Of a stretch of 64,000 nt of DNA, positions 26,153-36,598 are shown in pieces (position 1 is the stretch's first letter; each line of letters starts with the position of its first letter). The stretch spans positions 102,524-166,523 of IMG/VR virus record IMGVR_UViG_3300028797_000094. One strand, 5' to 3'. Source of the stretch: a virus. Taxonomy: Duplodnaviria > Heunggongvirae > Uroviricota > Caudoviricetes. The notes below the pieces were generated by a model that saw only the letters and a program-made list of their open reading frames with translations, was not told where the DNA came from and made no database searches. Made by a program: the position numbers and the translations under genes.

Positions 26153-28138
26153 ATGAAAAACGAATTACAAAAAATCCTATTAGGTAAACACATTTTAGTT
26201 AATGACACACCAAATGGTGATGTTTTAAAGACTGCTTACTACAATGCTTATTTACTAAGCAATTTTGGTATTCTTGTTGACAAACCAGAACTTTTAACTG
26301 AAAATCATTTAAGAGAATTAGATGATTTCTTCCAATTAAGAGTTCCTGCATCTTTCTATTCAAATCCTCAAGACACTAAGTATTATACTCGTGATGAATT
26401 ATTTGTTAATCAAGTAGTTTCATATTGGTTAGCTTATGGTGAGGAAGACTCAAGAGTTTTTGTATTTAAGCATGATGTTCCAGAATATCCAGTTGGAGAA
26501 GATATTAAAGTTCGTAGATTTAATATTGTTTCTGAAGCAGCTGCAAAAGAAGTTTTAGCACAAATTGCAAAAGATTACTGTGCCTATAAACGTCCTTGGT
26601 CTGAAGATGAATATGCTGAATTTGAAACATTATATGATAATGGTTTCTATGCAGGCGATGAAATTCTTTGTGGTGATAATGCATTAGTATTATTTGACAA
26701 AGATTTAAAGTTTGCTAGATTTGTTTATAAGAAAGATTTAGTTAAATTAGCTGTTAATAAATTAGGCGAAAAAAGTTCATTTGATATTCCAGCTGATTTA
26801 AAAGTTATGTTAGTAGCAACTTTACCACTTGCTAAAGATTGTCCAATGTCTAAGAAACAAGCTAAGTATTACAATACACTTGTTAAGAAATGTGGAATTA
26901 AATCTTTAGTTAAAGAACAAACTAATGCTAATTCTCCATATAAGAAAGCTACTGCTCTATTAAATGAAGGAAAAGTATTAGAAGCTGCTAAAGTTTATGC
27001 TGCTAATGGTTCTTTATTTGAAAGAAATCTAAAGATGCTTTTAGCTCATGCAAACCCTGCTGAAGCTTTACAAATCTTAGATTTAATTCCTGCTAAGAAT
27101 CCAATTGTTTTATATCAAATGGTTTCTGCTATTTTAGATGACAAAGGTGGAGCAAGAACATTCACATTTGTTAAAAATCATTTAGTTAAGAGACATACTG
27201 AAACTGATTATGAAACTACTTGGAGAAAATCTAAACTTAATGATTCAACTCGTAAGTTAGTTTATAATAGAGTTATTGAAAAGATTGCTGAAGCTTATCA
27301 AGCTCAACCAAAACTTGGTAAAGTTTATGTAAGCGAAGCATTTAAGAAAGTTGGTGTTCCAATCAATACTTCTGCTACAGGTAAAGGTCTTGATGTATTA
27401 CCAGCTGGTTCAAGAATTCCAGTTAGAGGCAATGCTATTCGTACATTTGTTACTTGGAAAAATGCTTTTGATATTGACTCTTCATTAATTATCATCAAAG
27501 AAGATGGTACAATGGATAGAATGTATTTTGGAAATTACTTCTCAAGAAGTGCTGGTAGAGATAATAGAGGTTATGATATTTATTTCTCAGGTGATATCAC
27601 ATCTCCAACAGGAACTGAATATTATGACATTGAACTTGACAAACTTCGTGCTAAAGGTGTTAAGTATATTGTTCAATCTTTCTGGGGTTACAACTCAAGA
27701 TTAGATAGAGGTGAAATTTATTGCGGTTACCAAGATAAAACTAACCTTAATACACAAGTTTGGGATCCAAAGAATATGGAATTAAAGATTCATGTTCATG
27801 GAGATACAAGAGCTTATATGTCATTTGGTCTTGATTTAGAAACAAAAGAAGTTGTTATATTCAACATGTTCTTAGAAGAAGAAGACCGTGTTGTTAAAAC
27901 TGAATTAGCAGAAACAATTAAGAAATATTTAAGTCCAAGCTTCTTAGCTTTAAATATTTATGATGTAGCTGTTAATAGAGCAACTGAAGTTGTTGCAGAC
28001 CCTGCTGATGCTGATGTTGTATTTGATGATGAGTTTACAGAAGATGTAGTTGATGGTGGAAAACCAACAATTAAAGTTATTCGTAGCTATGACATCGAAA
28101 CTCTTGCTGGTTTAGCTACAGGAGCTGAATTGAAATAA
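26153..28138 (+). CDS. hypothetical 661-aa protein (standard code; ATG with RBS chosen over the track TTG start)
   Basis: AAAGGAAAATTGTTT-ATG; long ORF with TGG Trp codons; preceded by a 340-nt leader. Confidence 0.6.
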   Translation: MKNELQKILLGKHILVNDTPNGDVLKTAYYNAYLLSNFGILVDKPELLTENHLRELDDFFQLRVPASFYSNPQDTKYYTRDELFVNQVVSYWLAYGEEDSRVFVFKHDVPEYPVGEDIKVRRFNIVSEAAAKEVLAQIAKDYCAYKRPWSEDEYAEFETLYDNGFYAGDEILCGDNALVLFDKDLKFARFVYKKDLVKLAVNKLGEKSSFDIPADLKVMLVATLPLAKDCPMSKKQAKYYNTLVKKCGIKSLVKEQTNANSPYKKATALLNEGKVLEAAKVYAANGSLFERNLKMLLAHANPAEALQILDLIPAKNPIVLYQMVSAILDDKGGARTFTFVKNHLVKRHTETDYETTWRKSKLNDSTRKLVYNRVIEKIAEAYQAQPKLGKVYVSEAFKKVGVPINTSATGKGLDVLPAGSRIPVRGNAIRTFVTWKNAFDIDSSLIIIKEDGTMDRMYFGNYFSRSAGRDNRGYDIYFSGDITSPTGTEYYDIELDKLRAKGVKYIVQSFWGYNSRLDRGEIYCGYQDKTNLNTQVWDPKNMELKIHVHGDTRAYMSFGLDLETKEVVIFNMFLEEEDRVVKTELAETIKKYLSPSFLALNIYDVAVNRATEVVADPADADVVFDDEFTEDVVDGGKPTIKVIRSYDIETLAGLATGAELK

Positions 28139-29442
28139 TGCTAAATAAATTTAAACAATTTGTTGATGAATTGTTAAAAGAAAATGGAAGTAATTATAAG
28201 AAGTCCATTTTAGAAAAATATAAAGAAGATAAAGATATTTTATATTTATTGGACTTCTTATATAATCCATATATAATTACAGGAATTTCAACAAAGAAAT
28301 TAAATAAAAAGTTTGAAAATTTTGATAAAATATTAGAAGAACATTTTGATCAAAGATTATTAACAGCTGAAGGCGAAGCAGATGTATTAAAAGGCTTATT
28401 AAATTATCTTCAAACGCATAATACTGGAACTGATACAGATATTAAAATGGTTCAACAATATAGATATCTTTGGTTTAGTGAAAATGCTGAATTATTTGAT
28501 AAAATTGTTACAAAAAATCTTCCACTTGGAATTGATGCAAAAACTATTAATAAGGTTATTCCAGGCCTCATTCCAGAATTTAATGTAATGTTAGCAAATA
28601 AATACTTTGATAATCCAAGTATTGTTGAAGGAAAAGAATTTGCGTTAACTACAAAAATTGATGGTGGAAGAATTATTGCAATGAAATGTGATGGTGAAGT
28701 TACATTTTATACAAGAGCTGGTCAAAAGTATGAAGGTCTTGTAGATTTGCAAAATGAGCTTGAAAATTTGACCATGGACAACTTTGTTTTTGATGGAGAA
28801 TTAACTTTATTAGATCCTGGTAAATTAACGTCTAAGGACCAATATAAAGAAACTATGAAGATTTCACGTAAAGATGGTGAAAAGTATGGTTTAAGAATGT
28901 TGGTATTTGATTTTATGCCAGTTAGAAATTTTTTAATTCAAAACTGTCTAGTTGATTATCGTCATAGACGTGCTGAATTATCTGCAATATTTGATTTAAA
29001 TGAATTTAAATATTTTAAGTTATTACCAATATTATATAAAGGTAATGATACTTCTGAAATTATTAAATGGTTAAATTATAATATTGAGCATGGTGAAGAA
29101 GGAGTTATGATTAACTTCTTAGATTCAGTTTATGAATTTAAGCGTTCAAATGCTTTATTAAAAGTAAAGAAAATGAATGATTTAGATTTAGAAATTATTG
29201 GTTTTGAAGAAGGAACTAATAAAAACGCTGGCAAACTTGGTGCAATTTTAGTTAATTATAAAGATAATGTAGTTAAAGTTGGTTCAGGTTTTTCAGATGA
29301 ATTACGTGAAGAAATTTGGCAAAATCAAGACAAATGGCTTGGTAGAACAGTAGTTATTCAATATTTTGAAGAAACTTGTAATCAAAATGGTGGAATTTCA
29401 TTAAGATTTCCTGTATATTTAGACTATAGAACAGATAAATAA
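28138..29442 (+). CDS. ATP-dependent DNA ligase
   Basis: Motif I TKIDGGR (KxDG); nucleotidyltransferase plus OB-like C-terminal half; start overlaps upstream stop (TAATG). Confidence 0.75.
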   Translation: MLNKFKQFVDELLKENGSNYKKSILEKYKEDKDILYLLDFLYNPYIITGISTKKLNKKFENFDKILEEHFDQRLLTAEGEADVLKGLLNYLQTHNTGTDTDIKMVQQYRYLWFSENAELFDKIVTKNLPLGIDAKTINKVIPGLIPEFNVMLANKYFDNPSIVEGKEFALTTKIDGGRIIAMKCDGEVTFYTRAGQKYEGLVDLQNELENLTMDNFVFDGELTLLDPGKLTSKDQYKETMKISRKDGEKYGLRMLVFDFMPVRNFLIQNCLVDYRHRRAELSAIFDLNEFKYFKLLPILYKGNDTSEIIKWLNYNIEHGEEGVMINFLDSVYEFKRSNALLKVKKMNDLDLEIIGFEEGTNKNAGKLGAILVNYKDNVVKVGSGFSDELREEIWQNQDKWLGRTVVIQYFEETCNQNGGISLRFPVYLDYRTDK

Positions 29443-29447
29443 AATAA

Positions 29448-29470
29448 GGGACTAAATTTTAGTTCCTTTT
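29448..29470 (+). terminator. terminator GGGACTAAATTTTAGTTCC plus TTTT
   Basis: Dyad plus T-run directly before a middle promoter. Confidence 0.6.
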
Positions 29471-29472
29471 AT

Positions 29473-29480
29473 TGTATAAT
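29473..29480 (+). promoter_or_regulatory. middle-type promoter TGTATAAT
   Basis: Same motif directly after terminator 29448-29470. Confidence 0.5.
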
Positions 29481-29513
29481 AATATTGAAATAAGTTTATA
29501 GAAAGGAAAATAT

Positions 29514-29801
29514 ATGAGTAAATTTATTGGTAAAAGTTTTAATGGTTGGAATGTTGTTGCTGAAGTTAACGCTGATAAGAAACACAAGTACTTTTTCTTA
29601 GTTGAATCAAAAGCAAAAAAGACTTCAGTTCCTGGAATGATTATTGTTAGAGATAATGATATGACTGCACTTGAAAGTAATGAAAAAAGTATTGAAGACA
29701 TTTTAGAAGCAAAAGAAAAAACAAGAGCTAAAAAGCCTACAGATTTCTTTGCCCAAGAATTCATGCTTTATAGTGATTTAGAAATAAAAAATGTAAAATA
29801 A
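29514..29801 (+). CDS. hypothetical protein
   Basis: ORF in track; middle promoter 29473-29480; RBS GAAAGGAAAA. Confidence 0.5.
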   Translation: MSKFIGKSFNGWNVVAEVNADKKHKYFFLVESKAKKTSVPGMIIVRDNDMTALESNEKSIEDILEAKEKTRAKKPTDFFAQEFMLYSDLEIKNVK

Positions 29802-29835
29802 TTTAAAAAAGACTAAGAAATTAGTCTTTTTTTAT

Positions 29836-29843
29836 TGTATAAT
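29836..29843 (+). promoter_or_regulatory. middle-type promoter TGTATAAT
   Basis: Same motif after a hairpin and T-run. Confidence 0.5.
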
Positions 29844-29879
29844 ATAATATAGAAGAAAAAAATACTTGGAGGTATTATT

Positions 29880-30644
29880 ATGTTTACAGTATCATCTTTT
29901 CCAGCAAAATTTATTACATTAAATGATAATAAAGAATTTGACTTAAGAAATTATTCACAATTTATGGATGAGTATAAAATTGATTTAATTGTTAGAAGCA
30001 TGGAAGACCTGCAATATTTAATTAATAAAAACTATGTAGGGAATTTAGAAGGTATTCTTTTATGCAGTAATAAGGATACAAAATATTTTACAAAACCTTG
30101 GTTAGTTAAAAATATATCAGTAGAATATTATGAAGACTCGGATAATCTTAAATATTATAATGTTTCTTTATCATTAGATCCATATTATAATAAAAATGAA
30201 TTAGCTAAAATTTTAGCTCAAAAAATTCCAACTACTATGGACGAGTATAATAAAAGACGTCCTTGTTATGATCCATTTTGGAATGAATTTGATTTAGCTG
30301 GACCGCTTAAATATGGAACTGAAGCTTGGGATAAAGTTATGAAAGAATTAAAAGAAGATGAAAGGAAAAATAAAATGGTTAAAATTAAAGACGTTTTTGT
30401 AAACAAAGAAAAACAAACTATTGTTGTTAAATGGGAAAACGGAGAAACTACAAAAGTTACTTGTGATCCTGCTGATAAATGGGATATTGAAAAAGGTGTT
30501 GCTATTGCAATTGCTAAGTTTTATTTAGGTAATAACTTTAATGCTGGTGAATTATTTAAGCGTTATTTAAAGAAAGCTGAGAGAAGTGAAGCATTAGCTA
30601 AAAAAGAAACTAAGAAGGTAGTAAAGAAGAATGAAACTCATTAA
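29880..30644 (+). CDS. hypothetical protein
   Basis: ORF in track; middle promoter 29836-29843; RBS GGAGG. Confidence 0.5.
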   Translation: MFTVSSFPAKFITLNDNKEFDLRNYSQFMDEYKIDLIVRSMEDLQYLINKNYVGNLEGILLCSNKDTKYFTKPWLVKNISVEYYEDSDNLKYYNVSLSLDPYYNKNELAKILAQKIPTTMDEYNKRRPCYDPFWNEFDLAGPLKYGTEAWDKVMKELKEDERKNKMVKIKDVFVNKEKQTIVVKWENGETTKVTCDPADKWDIEKGVAIAIAKFYLGNNFNAGELFKRYLKKAERSEALAKKETKKVVKKNETH

Positions 30645-30906
30645 TTATATTGATATTAATAGAGCTTGTGTCTCAGCTGAACCTGAAGAAATAACGGATT
30701 ATTTAGAAAATATGTCTGAAATACAACAAATGATTGTTGCTGCATTTCCAGGCAGACCAAGTAGCCCAATTAGTAGCCATTTATTAAAAAGAGATATTAC
30801 TTTAGAAGATGGCACAGTTTTAAGAAATGCTTGGTGTTATAATCTTCAAGATGTTGGTGATGAAGAAACTCGAATTTATGAGGTAGAATTTATATTTGAA
30901 GTATAA
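30631..30906 (+). CDS. hypothetical protein
   Basis: ORF in track. Confidence 0.45.
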   Translation: MKLINYIDINRACVSAEPEEITDYLENMSEIQQMIVAAFPGRPSSPISSHLLKRDITLEDGTVLRNAWCYNLQDVGDEETRIYEVEFIFEV

Positions 30907-30918
30907 ATAGACTTTAAA

Positions 30919-31437
30919 ATGAAACCAAATAGAAATAAAAAAGTTGATAGAAAATATTATCGAGAACTATTACAAGATAAACATTATTATTTAGATCAAA
31001 TCTTGCCAAAAGGTTGGGATGATTCAGATGATAATTTTATTGACGGGCGAGAAAAGCGTTGGTTAAAAGAAAGAGAAATCTATGGTTTTGATGAACGTGA
31101 TACTTGGTGTATGGAAGCTTCATTTTATATTTGGCTATATGAACATATAACCAGATATAAAGAAATTAATTGTGTAGATATGAATTATCACAAGTTTAGA
31201 TATAAACGTAAAGAATACACACAATTAGAATTAATGGATAATATTCTTGAAAGATTAGAATTTTATTTTACGAGTGAATATCAATATAAAGAAAATATTA
31301 AAATGCCAGAAAAATTGGCAAATAATAAGTATTTTATTAAGTATGGTTTTCATGATTCTTGGAAAGAAGAACATTTAGAAATAACAAGTGAAATTGCAAA
31401 AATTTGGGCAATTATATTACCAGCTATGTGGTGGTAA
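30919..31437 (+). CDS. hypothetical protein
   Basis: ORF in track. Confidence 0.45.
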   Translation: MKPNRNKKVDRKYYRELLQDKHYYLDQILPKGWDDSDDNFIDGREKRWLKEREIYGFDERDTWCMEASFYIWLYEHITRYKEINCVDMNYHKFRYKRKEYTQLELMDNILERLEFYFTSEYQYKENIKMPEKLANNKYFIKYGFHDSWKEEHLEITSEIAKIWAIILPAMWW

Positions 31438-31459
31438 TTTAAAATAGAAAGGAAAAAAT

Positions 31460-32557
31460 ATGGTTTTTAAAATTATTTTATTTGTAGTATTTATTTTAGC
31501 TACAATCGGTACAGGTATTTGGGCAATTATGTCTTTTGTTGACGATGAGAGTCCGGCAGGAAAAATTGCAGGAAGTATTTTAGCAGTAGTATTTTTGATT
31601 TTAACTATTTGCATTCCTGGAAACATTCATCAAGTTGATACTGGTGAAGTTGCTGTCGTTAGATATTTAGGAAAAGTTTCTGGTACAAGAGAAGCTGGTG
31701 TTCACTGGGATTCATATTTTACTAATAAGTATGAATATTATGATACTAAAGTTCGTGAAATTAAAATTGAAACACAGACTTACTCTAAAGATAACCAAAT
31801 CATTGGAGTAAATGCTGATTTACAATATACAATTGATGCATCACAAGTTGACAAAATTGCGACAGAATACGGCTCAATTGAAAAATTAGAGTCGAAGATT
31901 ACTTCAATCGCGCTTGACAATATTAAATCAGTATTTGCACAAAATACTGCGACTGATGTTATTAATAATAGAAGTACAATTAGTGCAAATATTTCAAGAG
32001 TTGTTGATGAAAGTATCAATGTTGGATATTATGTAAATGTTAAAACAATTGTTCTTACAAATATAGACTTTACAGACGACTTCGAAGCAGCTGTTGCTGC
32101 AAAAGTTGCACAAGAACAAAAGAGACAACAAGCTTTAATTGAACAAGAACAAAAATTAGCCGAAGCAGAAAATGCAAAACAAGTTGCTATTTTACAAGCA
32201 GAAGCAGAAGCTGAGGCAGCAACAAAGAGAGCTGAAGCTGAAGCAGAAGTTGCAAGAATTAAGGCACAAGCTGATAAAGATGTTGCACAAATTGGTGCTG
32301 ATAGTGCTGAGTACCAAGGTCGTAAAGAGGCCAGTATTGCAATGCAAAGATTAGCTTCCATTAACGGCTGGACAGTAGTTACAACTGACGAGGGAATTAA
32401 TACATTAGTTAAGCCAGATGGCACTTTAGTAAGTGATGCTGAATTAAAAGTTGGTGCAGAAAATCTTATCAAGTATTATTATACTCAACAATGGAATGGT
32501 ATCTTACCAGAAACATATATGAGTTCAGATGATGTATCAACTGTAATTATTCCATAA
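31460..32557 (+). CDS. SPFH/band-7 (prohibitin/HflC-like) membrane protein
   Basis: N-terminal TM helix, SPFH-like core, then an A/E-rich coiled coil (AEAENAKQVAILQAEAEAEAATKRAEAEAEVARIKAQADKD). Confidence 0.6.
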   Translation: MVFKIILFVVFILATIGTGIWAIMSFVDDESPAGKIAGSILAVVFLILTICIPGNIHQVDTGEVAVVRYLGKVSGTREAGVHWDSYFTNKYEYYDTKVREIKIETQTYSKDNQIIGVNADLQYTIDASQVDKIATEYGSIEKLESKITSIALDNIKSVFAQNTATDVINNRSTISANISRVVDESINVGYYVNVKTIVLTNIDFTDDFEAAVAAKVAQEQKRQQALIEQEQKLAEAENAKQVAILQAEAEAEAATKRAEAEAEVARIKAQADKDVAQIGADSAEYQGRKEASIAMQRLASINGWTVVTTDEGINTLVKPDGTLVSDAELKVGAENLIKYYYTQQWNGILPETYMSSDDVSTVIIP

Positions 32558-32585
32558 AGATATAGAGATAAATAAGTCTCCTTTA

Positions 32586-32597
32586 TTTGCTAAATTA
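32586..32597 (+). promoter_or_regulatory. late-promoter box TTTGCTAAATTA
   Basis: As above. Confidence 0.55.
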
Positions 32598-32620
32598 ATA
32601 GTAAAAGGAGACTTTTATTT

Positions 32621-33277
32621 ATGACAAATTTACAACCAATTGATGTGTTAAATTGAATAGACTCAGATTGGCAATGACAATCTTATTTTGATCAACTTAT
32701 AAAACCAGAAAATTGAACACAGTTGCATTATGGCAGTAGGGGACAAGTTGGTGATAAGCCATTACTTTCTACAATGTTTGATTCAAAAGAAACAATTGTT
32801 AGCTATTTTGTAAAACGTATACCTGCTAATTCTTATGCTTCTGCTGAACGTGCTGGAAAATGAATTTTTTATAATTTATTAAATCTTAATATTTTAAATG
32901 AATTTCTTTTAGCTGCTAAAGACGTAAAAATTCCAAGTGAAGAAGAAATTTTTAATACTAATGTACTTGGACCAAAATATCAAGTTGGATGAATTAGTAC
33001 TGGTGGAGATACTATAAATGCATCTTTTATTTTTCGTGGCAAAGGTGATGGAAGTAGAGAAAGTAGAAATCAAAAAAGAATAATGTGTGATCTTACTTTA
33101 TTATCTTTTGATCAATTTTATAGTGCACATGCAAAAAATATTTCTGATTTTTCACAATTATTAATAAAAATAAAATATGAATTACAAGATGGTATGAGAA
33201 AAATCTGACAAAGAACTCTTAATACCACATGAAAAACTATCTTAGTTGATACACGATCTTTAGCACCAAAAAGATAA
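32621..33277 (+). CDS. hypothetical 218-aa protein with 9 TGA=Trp codons
   Basis: Late box 32586-32597 then AAGGAGAC-N7-ATG; the only stops in frame before TAA at 33275 are TGA (e.g. LNWIDSDWQWQSY). Confidence 0.55.
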
Positions 33278-33387
33278 GCTAAATTAAGTACAATAGATCC
33301 CGCTGTTAATATAAAAAATTGATAGCGGTTTTAATTTTCTACAAATTTGGAGAATAACAGATAACTGACTCCAGGAAGGTGATTTTT

Positions 33388-35571
33388 ATGTTAATTACAA
33401 AGCGTGATGGAACTAAGCGTGATTTTGATAGTTCCAAGATTAGATCTGCTATTAGTAAGGCTAATAGTAGAAGTTTAGAAATGACTGAAGATGAAATTGA
33501 TCAGGTTACAAATTCAGTAGTAAGTAAGTGTGAAAAAATACAAGATTTAGATGTTGAACAAATTCAAGATTTAGTTGAAAGAACATTACTTGTTAGTAAG
33601 TTTAAAGCAACTGCAAAACAATATATCTTGTATAGAGATCAAAGAACAAGAATTAGACAAGGCAAATCTAAGTTATTAAAAGAAGTTGGCGACAAATTAT
33701 TTGGTTTTGATATTGTTAATCAAAATGCTAATGTTGACGAGAAATCTTTTGGTGGAAGAAAAGGTGAAGCAGATAGTGTAATTACAAAGCAATATGCATT
33801 AGATTATTGTATGTCTGAAAAGTCAAGAAATAATCATTTAAATAATGAAATTTATATTCATGACTTAGATTCATATGCTGTTGGAATGCACAACTGTTTA
33901 TCAATTCCATTTGATGATTTATTAGCAAAAGGTTTTAATACAAGGCAAACAGATATTAGACCAGCAAGTTCAGTAAATACTGCATTTCAATTAGTTGCTG
34001 TAATCTTCCAATTACAAAGTTTACAACAATTTGGTGGTGTTTCTGCAACTCATTTAGATTGGACAATGGTTCCTTATATTAGAAAATCATTTGCAAAGCA
34101 TTTTAAAGATGGTTTAGAATTTGTCGAGAATATAGATAATCCAAAAGAAACATTCTTCTGTTATGATGCAACAAATAGACCAATTGATGCAAAAGAATAT
34201 AAGAATTATGATGGTGCATATAAATATGCAATAAAGATGACTCAACGTGAATTAGACCAAGCAGTTGAAGGAATGTATCATAACTTAAATACTTTACAAA
34301 GTCGTTCAGGAAATCAATTACCTTTCACTTCTATTAATTATGGAACTTGTACAAGTTCAGAAGGAAGAATGGTTATTAAGTCATTACTTGAAGGAAGTTT
34401 AAAAGGTGTTGGTAAATTACATAGAACACCAATATTCCCTTGCGGTATTTTTCAATATATGAAAGGTGTTAATGATAGACCTGGAACTCCAAATTATGAT
34501 ATGTATCAATTAGCATTAAAATCTACTGCAAAAAGATTATATCCAAATTATGCAAATGTAGACTGGTCTAATAATGCTGGTTATGATAGAAACGATCCAA
34601 AAACTTATTTTAGCACAATGGGATGTCGTACTGCAAATGGTGCAGATATTAATGCTGAACCAGGTGTAAACCCACAAACTAAAGATGGCCGTGGTAATAT
34701 TTGTCCAGTTACAATTATTCTTCCAACTTTAGCAATGGAAGCTGATAGAGATGTTGAATGCTTCATGAAATTACTTGATTATAAGATTAATGAAGCAAAA
34801 GACATGTTAATTGAAAGATATGAATTCATTTGTTCACAAAGTGCAGACTCAGCTAAGTTTATGTATGAAAATGGCACAATGATGGGCTATCATCCAGAAG
34901 AAGGAATTAGAAGTGCTTTAAAACATGGAACATTAGTAATTGGTCAAATTGCTATGGCTGAAACATTACAACTCTTAATTGGCAAAAATCAATGTACTCC
35001 TGAAGGTATGGCATTAGCAAAACGTATTGAAGAATTATTTAAAAAACGTTGTGCAGAATTTAAACAAAAATATCATTTAAACTTTGGTGTTTATTATACT
35101 CCAGCTGAAAATCTTTGTTATACAGCTATGAAAAAGTTTAAAGAAAAATATGGTGTAATTCCAAATGTTTCAGATCGTGAATATTTTACAAATAGTATTC
35201 ATGTTCCAGTTTGGGAAGATGTAACTGCATTTGAAAAAATTGATATTGAATCACAATTAACAGGTTATTCTAATGCCGGTTGTATTACATATGTTGAATT
35301 ATCATCAGCAGCAACTGGAAATTTAGAAGCTTTAGAAACTTTAGTTAATTATGCAATGGATAAAGATATTCCTTATTTTGCAGTTAATATTCCAAATGAT
35401 ACTTGTTTAGATTGTGGTTATACTGGTGAATTTAATGATTGCTGCCCAGAATGTGATAGTCATAATATTCAACAATTACGTAGAGTCACAGGATATCTTA
35501 CTGGAAACTATAAAACTGCTTTCAATTATGGAAAACAAAAAGAAGTAGAAGATAGAGTTAAGCATATTTAA
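33388..35571 (+). CDS. nrdD: anaerobic ribonucleoside-triphosphate reductase (class III)
   Basis: N-terminal ATP-cone (ITKRDGTKRDFDSSKIRSAISKA); C-terminal glycyl-radical motif QQLRRVTGYLTG; Cys-rich CLDCGY...CCPEC zinc site; RBS AGGAAGG. Confidence 0.9.
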   Translation: MLITKRDGTKRDFDSSKIRSAISKANSRSLEMTEDEIDQVTNSVVSKCEKIQDLDVEQIQDLVERTLLVSKFKATAKQYILYRDQRTRIRQGKSKLLKEVGDKLFGFDIVNQNANVDEKSFGGRKGEADSVITKQYALDYCMSEKSRNNHLNNEIYIHDLDSYAVGMHNCLSIPFDDLLAKGFNTRQTDIRPASSVNTAFQLVAVIFQLQSLQQFGGVSATHLDWTMVPYIRKSFAKHFKDGLEFVENIDNPKETFFCYDATNRPIDAKEYKNYDGAYKYAIKMTQRELDQAVEGMYHNLNTLQSRSGNQLPFTSINYGTCTSSEGRMVIKSLLEGSLKGVGKLHRTPIFPCGIFQYMKGVNDRPGTPNYDMYQLALKSTAKRLYPNYANVDWSNNAGYDRNDPKTYFSTMGCRTANGADINAEPGVNPQTKDGRGNICPVTIILPTLAMEADRDVECFMKLLDYKINEAKDMLIERYEFICSQSADSAKFMYENGTMMGYHPEEGIRSALKHGTLVIGQIAMAETLQLLIGKNQCTPEGMALAKRIEELFKKRCAEFKQKYHLNFGVYYTPAENLCYTAMKKFKEKYGVIPNVSDREYFTNSIHVPVWEDVTAFEKIDIESQLTGYSNAGCITYVELSSAATGNLEALETLVNYAMDKDIPYFAVNIPNDTCLDCGYTGEFNDCCPECDSHNIQQLRRVTGYLTGNYKTAFNYGKQKEVEDRVKHI

Positions 35572-35573
35572 AA

Positions 35574-35599
35574 TAAAGCTGTAGAAGTACAGCTTTTTA
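35574..35599 (+). terminator. terminator AAAGCTGTAGAAGTACAGCTTTTT after nrdD
   Basis: Dyad plus T-run. Confidence 0.6.
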
Positions 35600-35611
35600 T
35601 TTGCTAAATTA
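35600..35611 (+). promoter_or_regulatory. late-promoter box TTTGCTAAATTA
   Basis: As above. Confidence 0.55.
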
Positions 35612-35648
35612 TTTGTAAAACCTTGAAGAATTAATAAAGGAGAAAATT

Positions 35649-36473
35649 ATGAAAAAAGAATATAGTTTACTAGAAGCTTTTGATGACTTAAATAAGTTAG
35701 ATGAAGTTAGTTATACACCACGACAATCGAGCTATTATTCTCGCCAAGCACGAGCACGATATGATAATCAACAAGAATTCTGAAAAGCTGCTAGAGAAGG
35801 AAAACTTGACTTATTTCGTTTTAATGAAGGATATTCTAATTTATTGTGAAATATGATTGAAAAAACGCCAGGTGTTGAATTTGAAGATATTTTTATGCCA
35901 CTTGGGAATGTTTATAAGTCACTTGGCATAAAAGACAATTCATTTGATGATATTAATACTTTAAAAGATAAGTCTTGTTATGGAGCAATTAAAAAATTAG
36001 ATGAGGCTTTTCCAGATAATTGAGCAGTTAAAGCATTAAAAAAAGTTTGGTGGATGCTATTTAAGGATAATATTGAGCCTGCTGAGCTTATTTATGCTAA
36101 GAAACAGCACTGAAAAGATAGTTTAAAGCAAGCAATATTAGACCTTCCTGGTGTTGATGATATACTAAAGAAATGTGTGCAAGGCGAAAGGACATATGAC
36201 TTTACTATTGATAGTACAGAAGTTTATTTGACACATAAATGATATAATGATGTTTATGATGAATATGCTGATTTAAATTGACATACTACAGAGGATTACT
36301 GAGTACAAGCAATCATAAAATATAGAAATGATCCCCAAGAAATACTTTCACCAGAAGATGCTGCTACTGAAATAAATAGAAAGTGAAAAGCAAAAGATTA
36401 TGAAGAGCGCACTAATGCTCGTGATATGGAGGATCGTTGAACAGCTGGTCATGAAGCTATACATATATATTAA
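35649..36473 (+). CDS. hypothetical 274-aa protein with 11 TGA=Trp codons
   Basis: Late box 35600-35611; RBS AAGGAGAAAATT-ATG; codon-by-codon translation reaches TAA at 36471 with only TGA interruptions. Confidence 0.55.
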
Positions 36474-36479
36474 CAAAGT

Positions 36480-36530
36480 AAGCTATATTTGGCTTACTTT
36501 TATTATATAAGCTATATTTAGCTTACTTTT
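36480..36530 (+). terminator. tandem duplicated terminator (TAAGCTATATTTGGCTTACTTTT, twice)
   Basis: Two near-identical hairpin and T-run copies. Confidence 0.5.
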
Positions 36531-36532
36531 AT

Positions 36533-36540
36533 TGTATAAT
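36533..36540 (+). promoter_or_regulatory. middle-type promoter TGTATAAT for the FNT-nrdG-methyltransferase unit
   Basis: Same motif after a tandem terminator. Confidence 0.5.
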
Positions 36541-36598
36541 AATATATAGGCAATCGGGTCAAAATAATAAAATGACCCAATAACCGGAGGTAAAAATT

